A stretch of DNA of 64,000 bases, taken from Trichosphaerium sp. ATCC 40318. Lineage: Eukaryota; Protista; Tubulinea. Below, one piece after another: positions 51,455 through 64,000 of this stretch. Positions within the stretch are counted from its first letter, which is position 1. The number at the start of each line of letters is the position of its first letter. The translations under genes were made by a program, and so were the position numbers. The notes under the pieces are model-generated. The model searched no databases. It was not told the origin of the DNA and saw nothing but the letters and a program-made list of their open reading frames with translations. The DNA is taken from NCBI GenBank assembly GCA_038496445.1, contig JALMLS010000303.1, forward strand, positions 40,722-104,721. The letters are read 5' to 3'.

Positions 51455-53097
51455 TTATATCATGTATATTTTATGAGCACCCAACTTTTTAACAGCTTCT
51501 TCTGTAACACCATCACAGCCACTGACATCAATAGCATAAACTCCCGACAGCGCTTTGATACCTTCGTTTGTAATACCTTTACAGTGCCTAAGAGATATGA
51601 TATGGACACTTGAAAGTGCTTTTATGCCTTCATCTGTAATATTGTCACAACTTCGAAGCTTTATAGTGTGAACACTAGAAAGTGCCTTGATTCCTTCATC
51701 TGTAACATTTTCACAGAGTACGATAGTAATTTCATGAACATGTGAAAGAGCTTTGATTCCTTCATCTGTAATATTTTCATTACAACAAAGAGTGATTGTG
51801 TGAACTCCTGAAAGCGCTTTGATACCCTTGTCTGTAATTTTATGACAATAATCAAGATTAATTGTATGAACTCCAGAAAGCGCTTTGATTCCTTTATCTG
51901 TAATGTGACCACTTCCAGTAATGTTAATAGTGTGAACACCTTCTAGTACTTTGATACAGTCGTCAGTTACATAGTCACAGCAGTGGAGGTTAATTGTATG
52001 AACACCAGCAAATTCTTTGACAATATCAGAGGAGTAACTAACAATATTGATCTTTGTTTGCTTAAGAGTGCTGGCATGTTTTAAAAGTGATTTTGCTTCA
52101 ACCATGGTTGAAATAGTAACGCTTTCGTATCCAATAATGTCATGAATGATTGACGCAAAACGATGGCACGTTTGACAAGCCGCAAATCGTGCTTTTGTTG
52201 TTTGTTTTAAAATTAGAGCTAAAATCTCTGTTGGGAGTTCCAGGACGTGTTGCTCAGCACTTTTCGATATTAGAGAGGCCGGCTTAACTGCCCGGTGAAT
52301 GCAGCTTCTCTTCAGTATCTTTTATTTTACACCTTTAGGTTATCTCTACACTCTCCAGAGCCCTTTACGCCCATGACGGGCCCAAAGCACTCCTGCGCAC
52401 ACAGTTTAATGCTATAGCTCTGTTTGACATGCTAAAGTACTTTTAGTCACACCGCTGGCCTTTCTTTTGTATTTCGTTGGTAATCCGATTTAATTCTCTA
52501 TTCTGCTTTTACACACTAAAATCAACTACACTAACTCGATTTTACTTTCTCACCACTTTTTAGCAACAAACTAACTTCCTAAAGGAACACCTCACTATTT
52601 CTACGTCTACGGCCATTGAACATGCTTGTAACTCAAACATTATTAGCAGGTAATGAAACTAGATCAATGAAGATAGCTGGACCATTTCTATATGCACTTG
52701 AGCAATACAGTAATTAAACGGATAGCAACAAATTGTCATAATCAAATTGCTGACCATTAATAGAACATACGCATATGCTGGACGACAAGGTTGGTTAAAA
52801 AAAAAATGGGCAAAAGAAAAGAAATTGGTATGTAAACTTTTGGAGATTTATTTTTACTCTAGTTTTATTTTCATCTGTACGATTGGTTCTGTTCCATGAC
52901 ATGATATCCTCCTGTAACTTTCTGTACACGCATGTCAATCTGTAAGTCGTCTTCCATGTAAACCCCCCTATATGTAATAAAGTAGGCGCTAGCGCGCTGC
53001 CTCTTGTTCTAAAAAAAAAAAAACACTTTTCGATATTAGAACAGTGATTAGAAATTTAGTAAATGTACCTTTGATTTACGAGGCGTTCTTTTGACAT
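51455..53097 (-). CDS. F-box/LRR protein (about 8 x 22-aa LRR), 2 exons; intron lengthened by a retroposon
   Basis: Exon 1 53097-53069 (MSKERLVNQ) splices in frame to 52259 (S-AEQHVLELPTEILALILKQ..CQTCHRF) and continues into ORF 51455-52105. Confidence 0.85.
52275..53023 (+). mobile_element. Non-autonomous non-LTR retroposon (~750 bp) with poly(A) tail and 17-bp target-site duplication
   Basis: CACTTTTCGATATTAGA at 52258-52274 and 53024-53040; A13 at 53011-53023; AATAAA at 52976. Confidence 0.9.
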
Positions 53098-53410
53098 TAT
53101 TAACTCTGTGCTTACCGTTTCGTTTACGTAGTAAGCGCACTAAATGTTACTAGTAGTTACAGTGTTATATACATTGAAACGGTTGGACTTGAAGACACGA
53201 AGAGGCCAAAAAAGAAAGAATGGATATTATGGCACGTGCGCGCATTTTTCTGACATAGTAAAAGTGTTACATTCAAGGGAGCCTCAACCCTGACATTGTA
53301 GTCTTGTTTGTTTTAGAGATAAACCTTACTGAGTACCAGGATGTTGGTGACAAACATGATTTCTCAAATACAGAGCCGGAACTATAGTAATTAAGATACA
53401 TTTGCTAGTG

Positions 53411-54140
53411 CACGTGATTTTATTGAGATTGTAACTTCTGCTAGTTCTTGCAAGTTCTGTCAGATTTTGTCAGTTTTGATAGTTCTTGCAAGAACTGACA
53501 GCTTTGATTACAACTTGCGGAACCAGTGCAATGTGATTGCATCACATTCTATAACTCGTGACAACGTATGCTGACCGTCCTTATGTACATTAAGGCAAGA
53601 TGAAAAGCACTGTGTCAAAGTCATATCATGTAACAAGACGATCGCAGTATTTTACTTAGGTGCGCTCTCATTACTACTTACCCCAAGAAGCCATAAAAAC
53701 GGCTGCGAATTAACAATAATTTACATGTTAACTTACTAGCACCAGGGCGAATACTGGCACATATTCAGGCGTCAGGAGGAGTTAAACGTGAGATAACGCT
53801 AAAACCTCAAAGAAAATTCCAAGCGCTTCCAAAGTATCTTGCGCTGAGTGTATGGTATTAGCATAGCGTAATAATCTGTTTTAGAGTATAGGAGACAACT
53901 GCTGGACCTTAGAGGACGTCAACAGAACTGCTAAACTAATGTACCAAGTAAAATAATGGTTAAGAGCACGTGGTGTCGCAATAAATTTGTATGCGTTGTA
54001 CCTGTCCAAGTGGATTTAGTTTGTTCCAGAACTGACAAGATCCGTCAGATCTTGTAGTTTTTAACAGATCTTGCAAGAACTAACAAGATCTTGTAAGAAC
54101 TAACAGAAGTTGCAAGATCTGTCAGATCTGACTAAACACG
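53411..54140. repeat. Foldback-like element: inverted arms made of short palindromic tandem units
   Basis: 53425-53520 and 54025-54135 both consist of TCTTGCAAGA/AACTGACAG/AGATCT-type units; agattgtaacttctgctagttcttgcaa matches the reverse complement of ttgtaagaactaacagaagttgcaagatct. Confidence 0.65.
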
Positions 54141-54502
54141 AAACCAAAAGTCACAAACAGCAAAAGTTGCAAAGATTAGCAAACTTGAATGATACGGACA
54201 ATAACGCACCATCTCTATCCTTTCGCAATTCTAGAAATATTTTGATTTGACATCTGTTAGTCTAATTATAAAATAGACTTATAATAATGTTTCGCATGGT
54301 GCTTTGTTTAAGCTCAACAAAGCTCTTGCTATTGCAAGGAAAGTGGAGGTTCATGAATATACAACACGTCAGTGCGCTGCAACAGCCACTAAGATTTTGT
54401 CTTTCCTCTTGTCTTAGTTAGTAAAGTTAGTAGGCAAAGTAACCTTGAATTCTAATAACACTAAACGATATAACCTTTAAGGTTGTAATGGATTACAGTA
54501 TT

Positions 54503-55400
54503 TCAGTACAAGTTGGCAGTGAATGTAAGTTCATTGACAACACTTGTTGTAGCAAGGGGACATAACAAGAGGTGTGGCATACGAAAGTTAGGTCTATCTA
54601 CATCATTGCTATATAGGGCTATATCTCTGACTCTGAGAGAGCCTGTTACAGTTTTATTGGTTTTTTTACATGACAGTACCATCCTTATGTCCTCGCTTAA
54701 TAGCACTATTTGCAGAATCTTTACAATGATAATCAATCTTTACCGCATACCCAGAGTTATGTTTATGTACCATAACTTTATCTACAAGTCCAGACTGTCC
54801 GAAATACTTTTTCAACTGCTTAACGTTTGGTAGACGTTTGTTTGAGCCATTAACACAGAAGTAGACACTGTACGTTTTCACCTTAGAATTTCTAACGCGC
54901 TTAGGGCGAACATAGGTTCTACTATAATTTAACTCGAGCTTACTGGACTTAGCAACCGCACTACGAATAATGGCAATGTCAGAAGGTGTATTCAGCTTAC
55001 TCAATAAATTGTGTAACTCTGAGAACTTTGCAAGTACTGATATTGGTACCCAGCCTTCCCCTCTGGCAAGGTTACGCTTTAGGGAGCCATTTGTCTTAAT
55101 ATATGAGGGAGAAAAGTATATTTCAAGTTGTTTTAGGATTCTAAAGTTTAGAATCTCTTGAGACTCTTGTATAGTTGTTGGAGCACTTATTCTTTGCGTC
55201 TTGGGGCGTTTTGTCGGTCGCGTAGATAATGACATGTTTTCAATTTTTCGTTTACGTGGACCAGATACGTGTAGGGTACGTAGTTGCTCTACAGGGAGTA
55301 CCTTTTCATCATTTAAAGACATGCTATATTTAAAGCGCTTTGTGATAAGATCTAAGCATTCAGTTGCGTCTTGTTCGTAGTCTAAACGTGTACGTTTCAT
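54503..55400 (-). CDS. La-motif + RRM-like protein (La-related)
   Basis: ILKQLEIYFSPSYI..GEGWVPISVLAKFSEL..IRSAVAKSSKLEL..VRP (La motif), then an RRM-like segment; NLS-like PRKRK; a short intron joins to the 54503 ORF. Confidence 0.85.
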
Positions 55401-55534
55401 GCTGAGATGTGCTTTAATTAAAGATTGACAGCGTAGCGGTAGTGAAGATTTTAACGGTCAAAGTCGGTGGCCAAAAGTAAAGAGTTTCATTGAACCACCC
55501 AAACCATTAGATATCAAAACCTCTCAGAGAAGAA

Positions 55535-57709
55535 ATGACCCAGCGACGTTTCGGAATACTGCTACCCATAACATCAAAAAGAACTACATCTAAAGAACAT
55601 GATGAAATGCTAAAGCAATGTAGCGAGCAACTAAAATCAACCGTAGGAGAGCACAAACTTAGTGTTTATATTGGTATTGATGACGATGACAATAAACTGC
55701 TGATAAAACAGGCTGCGATCAAGAAGTTCTTTGAGCCTCTAGAAGTATCTACTGTGGTCGTTTCAAAGCCTAGAGGGGTATGTGACGTATTTAAAGAGCT
55801 TGCGAGACGTGCATACATAGATAACTGCGATTTTTTCGTGTTCTATGGAGATGATGTTTCAATCACGTGTGAGAACTCTGACAACAGTTTATGGACTTCC
55901 AAGGTCATAGAAGTTTTTAAGAAAATCTCAAAAGATCGCAATGTGCCTTTCGGTTTTGGGTGTGTACCACTCAATGATAAAACGTTTATTGGGTTCCCTT
56001 CATTCCCAGTGCTTCACAAGCAACACATGGACATATTTGAAGGTGAGATGTTCCCTTCATGCTTTGTAAATCAGGACGCGGACCCATACTTGTATGAGTT
56101 GTATAGGTACAGCTTTTCGACACTAATACGAGAACCATCTTGCGAAATACTGCGCTAATTATCTTTTAGGAAGTTTGGATGTAGCAAATACGCTTTAGAG
56201 GTCAATGTTCATAACAAAATCGGTGGGAGCTCTGACGCAAGATATGACAAAGTACATGTTGATTGGAAAGATAAAATACTACCAGAGGGGATTGATCAAA
56301 TTCGAAGTTGGGCTTCTACAAACAACCTTGAGTTACCATCTATAGTGACGTTAGATGTTGTAGTGCCTTCGTTTAGATATAGAGAAGAGTATTTAGCAAG
56401 GTATTGCGAGTTAGAGGTAGATTCAAACATGTTTGAAACCCAAACAATAATAATACTCGATAATCCAGACGCCCCAAGTAAACACATCATAGACGCTTTA
56501 GAACAACGTTTCGGTGCACGTGTCCGTGTGAGAGTACGTAAAGAGATAAATGCTGTTTGCAGCAACAGAACTGTCTGTCCTTGGACTAATGTATTCTAGC
56601 TGAACGCAAAGAACCTTGGAGCATCGGCTTCAAGAAACAGAGGAATGGACGAATCTGCTGCAGAATGGATAATGTTTATGGATGACGATGTGGTGCCTGA
56701 TAAGCGTATACTTATAGAATACGCCAAATCTATTCATTCCAACCCTAACACAGCAGGTACTCCATAATGACCGTTTAAGCTTGAAAACGTGAGCTAAAAA
56801 TTTCTTTTCAGGATTTGTTGGGAAAACTAGTTTTCCTGAAGCGCCAAACATCCATTGCGCTGGTATTGAACTCTCTCAGTGCCAATGCTTCTTTTCTATT
56901 GCCGATATGATGAAGAATCCTCCTTGGTGTGTCACAGCTAACCTTGTAGTAAGAAAGAGCGATGTCAGATTCTCGTAAGTGTAAAATCTTAAAATCTCAG
57001 AGAAATGCTAAACTGCTTTCATAGAATGGAATTCCCAAAAACTGGCGGAGGCGAAGATGTTGATTTTTGTGTTCGTACTAAGGGAGATTTTATATCAGTA
57101 GCTTCTGCTTCAGCTGTTCACCCTTGGTGGAATAATCAACATCCTCCTTTGAGGCATTTTTTGGGATGGACTCTTGGAGATAGCCGACTTCAATTTAAAT
57201 ACCCACATTTCGCATACCGAAATTTTCCTAATGTTCTTGAGATGTCCTTACTACTTCTGATTGCTTCTGTCATGTTACCTTTTTCAAGTTTCTCTTTCTT
57301 GTATTCTTTAGCCTTGATTTGGTTAGTAGAGATAGGTAGGCAGTAATGACATCCAATGTTGTTTTAATGTTGCCATTAGTTGAAGAAATAATCACAAAAC
57401 TTCGTACATCCAGAGAGAGCTCCAACCTTCAAGGGTACGCATTTAGTATCTTAAAGAATATGCTAAATCCGTTAAGGGTTATCAAGAGTAGCAGCTTCTT
57501 TGAAAAGTACCGTTGTCATAACAACGTTGGAGCTAGGTCACTTGTACAAAAACATGACGACTTTTCCTTATTTAGCAAATATTGGTATTCGCTTTGATTG
57601 GTTTTGTGGTAAACTACCTGCTGCTTTGGTATCAGAAAGGCATAGAGCAGGCATTAAATTCACGTTATTCATCGCTTGCATATTGTTTAGCTTCATTTGT
57701 CTGTCGTAA
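55535..57709 (+). CDS. Glycosyltransferase with two GT-A/GT2-like domains and C-terminal transmembrane helices
   Basis: FGILLPITS..YIGIDDDD..FYGDD; second domain DVVVPSFR..IIILDNP..NLGASASRNRG..IMFMDDDV..GGGEDVDF. Confidence 0.85.
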
Positions 57710-57906
57710 AGACTCAAATAATAAATCTCTCAACATTCATAATTCCACAAGATAAAATTCTAATCTACACATTCGTCAGTTGTTATTTGAAACATGATAT
57801 CTGTAAAATCGAACAGAATACTTCAGCGAGGCATGCATTCGAGATAGTACGCAAATTCGTTAGTTCAAGTTGCCGAGTGCTTTATATCAAAGTTATTTGG
57901 TTTATT

Positions 57907-60296
57907 TTACTGTACAACATGAAGTGGGCTTGATTGTGGATAATACCACCAACTTGGATCATGATCTACAAATAAATTAATACATTACGACAGAAATAAT
58001 CAACTTGTAATGGACAATACCGATACGTACCAACTTTGAAACCGACTGTAATAGCCTGTTCTACTATAGAATCGAAAGCTTTCTGGACATAGGGCGTCTC
58101 TACTGTGACAACTTCTGTGAGTTTTGGCATAATCTAAAAATAAAATTACACACAACCCCACGTGGAGATCAAAAAAAATGTGAAACTTTTTGAACCCTTT
58201 TTTTCGAAAGGGAACGTGTGGGAAAACTCAAAAACCCAAAAAATCTAACTTCTCTCTTCGCTTACATCGTGGAAAACATCTTCCGCATTACATGCTATAC
58301 ATAGTTGAGCACAATTCATATATTGTTTTGATACCTAAGAAACATGAACAATACGAAGGCGACAAGAAGGAAAAAAAAATATCACAAAACGTACTTGATT
58401 CCATTCAAAGTATGTTTTCCGAAAATCTATGATATGCCTTCGCCTTGCGAACTCATGTATCAGCTTAAAAACAGTAAGTTAGAGTTTTGAAGATAACCTT
58501 CGGAGTTTTTGTCTAACCTCTAATGTCTGTGCGGGTTGATTTGAAGCAAACCTGAACGTTGCTTTTGACCACCATATTGAAAAACTTATAACTTTACCAA
58601 GGTTAGCATTAAGTAGCGGATAATTCTCCACTATAGAACAAAGTTTATCAGTGAGCTCTTCTAGTTCATCTGAAATATCTTTAGGCTAAAGAAAAGTTAA
58701 TACAAAAGAAAAGGCTTCGGAGGTTTTTGGTTTCAAAAAAAAAAAGTCTTCCGAGACAGGAGAAATTATCGTACAAGTGAAGGTAGTATATTAGTGTTGT
58801 TGGTCAGTTGAACACTTGTAGGTTGTTTCCGATGACTATTAAATAGTGCTTCTGCGCAAACCTACTTGACGTTAGACGTACGAAGCGCGCCAGAATATCT
58901 TTCGTTACTAAAAAAACCCCGACGAACCAGTTGAAGTTTCGAATAAGCGTAGTTAACAACAGTTGCAGCGTTACAGCTATCACTATACGTATCTTTTTCA
59001 AGCATTTCTACGCACTGTTTATACGCGCCCATATCATCAATACTTAAAACAAAAAGTAAATAAAGCGTCTCGAGAGCTAGTACCAAAGAAGAATAGAAAA
59101 GGGCAAGAAGATTCGCACTTTCTAGGGAAATCTTTTTTGCGGACTTGGCCAGCAACGTAAAGCAAGGAGTTATAACTTTGGTCTCTGTCAGAAATTTGCA
59201 AGCTATCCCCTCTTTGTATAATTTGAGATAAAATCTCTACGAAAGGTTTAGCAACACGTGATATTGGCGTTATTCTTAAAAAAGGTGTTTCATACCATCA
59301 CTTTGTTCTTTGTAAGTTTCGTGAGACGGCAGTCCTTGCGCTCTAGCCAAGTCAGCCAATATACTCAACCCACCTATTGAGATGAGTAAGAAATGGGCAT
59401 GTGTCAATCATCGTACCAGCGACACGAGGGCTTAGTTTTACCCAAGTGTTCTCAGCAAGGAAAGCGCAAATTGTCATAAAATCACCAAAATGTTTTTGTT
59501 GTCCTAAGAAAAAAACACCATGAGCTTTTCAGAACGCTAAGAAAAAGTGCCCCGATACCTCTTTGAAGTGCCCCGTATGCCAGGATACTAAAAACTTCAA
59601 GCATCCTTGGTTCTGAGAGCCATACTACGCGTAACAAAGTTATTCTTAAACTCGAACTCGGTACACTCACCAATTGAATTACGCATTATGCCCAGAATAC
59701 TCTCAGACGTCCAAAAATCAACAGGTACACCCTACAACCGAACAATAAGGATATTACCTCTTTTGAAAAAAGTTCAAAAAGTCGAAGCCACGTGCATAAA
59801 ATGGGTATATATTTTCGCGATAGAACCGTAAATAACTTGTTATATGAGCGCTTATGTTAAAGTGATTTCCAATCGCAGGAATCTACAAACAAAAAAAATT
59901 ATTATAATTGAGGATCGTTTAACACTGCTTATTTATACGAATAATGATATTACCTGTTTAGAGTGTTCTTGTAGACGCATAAAATGTTTTAGATTGTTTA
60001 GTTCTATCTCTAATTGCCTTGTTTCTGCTCTATATGTATTTACCTGTGCCAGCATTGCGCTAGGCGTTCCTTTTAGGGTCAAAAAAATCGTTTTAACTTC
60101 GAGTTCGGTTACCTTTCTTTGGACCTGGTTTTTTTTTGGTTGTGTAGGTGCAAACAGCCGCATTATCCCTACACTGGCTGCACGGTAACTGTCCGTCACA
60201 TTTGCAGTGCTTTTGGCTACAACGAGTACAAGCTCTCGCAGCTTGATTGTACTTACGCCTTTTAGCCAGTGGAGCGCTCCCGTTGCCTTGTAACAT
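57907..60296 (-). CDS. Zn(II)2Cys6 binuclear-cluster transcription factor, multi-exon
   Basis: RACTRCSQKHCKCDGQLPCSQC..VCTY..KKPGPKKG followed by a coiled coil; downstream exons join through GT-AG introns. Start uncertain. Confidence 0.8.
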
Positions 60297-60997
60297 CACG
60301 TATAAAGCAGTAGAGTACAACAACACGTGCAGTTGTTTCCGCGTAGATCAGAATGCGCACAATGTGAACTAAAAACTACCTTGAATCAAATGTTGCTATT
60401 GTGATGTAGTTTGCTCTGTTGGAGAATTAATTTGCCCGACAAAGACGGTAGTCCGTCGTAAATTCCGCAAAAAACACAAAAAAATTCAAGTAAAATTTTT
60501 TGTAGTTTCGGCTATTGTCTTATTCATGTGCTCAGGGTATTAAAAAAACACTTATACCTGAATTGGGGGTGATGGGTGTTGTGGCTATGAGAAGTTTTAG
60601 CAGAGTGAGCTTGTAGTAGTCTTGATTGTTTGATAGTGACGTATACGCTTAGTTTTCACTGTAATTGTAGCGATGCAACTACAAATCAGATTAGGAACCA
60701 ATAATTCGCGAACCTTTTTTTGGCTGAAAAAAAAAAGTCTCAGAAAGCTCTTGTTTGGTCTCGTACTTAGCTGTGACTTGTCAGTTTTACACTAAATCGC
60801 TACTTTTAACTGTAATATTGCCTATAGCGACGTAAGGTACAAATCGTTGGCGCGTTTTCTTTTAATTCAAATATCAAAGTACCTCTGTGTCTCGTAAAAC
60901 GTATTTCTTATCCAAATTACCGTTTCATAAGCTTTTGTTGGTTTGTCAGATTTTTTGCCGGCAACTACAACCAATAACATATTGTAGAGTATTCAAG

Positions 60998-63893
<2,896 letters not shown>

Positions 63894-64000
63894 TGGTTTT
63901 TGTCTGAGTCTCAACATATATTACCAATATACCTTCCTTGTAAATTTTAAACCAGGCTTTATGGTTTTAAATATCCGTTCTCACAGACGTATGCTCTGAT

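Noticed and set aside
14216-52105. Endogenous giant-virus region (MORN, F-box-LRR, nuclease genes)
   Set aside because: No NCLDV hallmark genes (capsid, PolB, A32 ATPase, D5 primase); these genes are interspersed with intron-rich host genes.
59560-59730. Apparent stop/frameshift in the Zn2Cys6 gene
   Set aside because: Resolved by a GTGAGT..CGTAG intron that restores the frame (..RNSI-VWLSEPRMLE).

Overview
AT-rich (roughly 35% GC by eye), intron-dense eukaryotic DNA using the standard genetic code. The gene content suggests an amoebozoan-like protist (inference). Ordinary multi-exon genes: class I DAHP synthase, secreted EEP nuclease/phosphatase, amidase, C2/EF-hand protein, LETM1, saposin-acid ceramidase/NAAA, La-motif protein, tandem GT-A glycosyltransferase, Zn2Cys6 transcription factor and an FHA/Chk2-like kinase. 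These are interleaved with a rearranged accessory compartment of four inverted-repeat pairs, MITE-like elements, a poly(A)/TSD retroposon and small gene families. Five highlights: (1) F-box-LRR genes built from near-identical 63/66-bp modules that vary almost only at ligand-facing LRR positions and differ in order between paralogs, with orphan modules nearby; (2) two head-to-head genes with 5-6 tandem ~70-aa 'DWY' repeats fused to a PD-(D/E)XK/RAP-like nuclease domain; (3) a retroposon whose 17-bp target duplication copies a branch point and acceptor so it could be spliced out; (4) a GREB1/TAGT-like glycosyltransferase; (5) strong CACGTG over-representation. Exon boundaries and all family assignments were made by eye without searches, and some gene ends are approximate.
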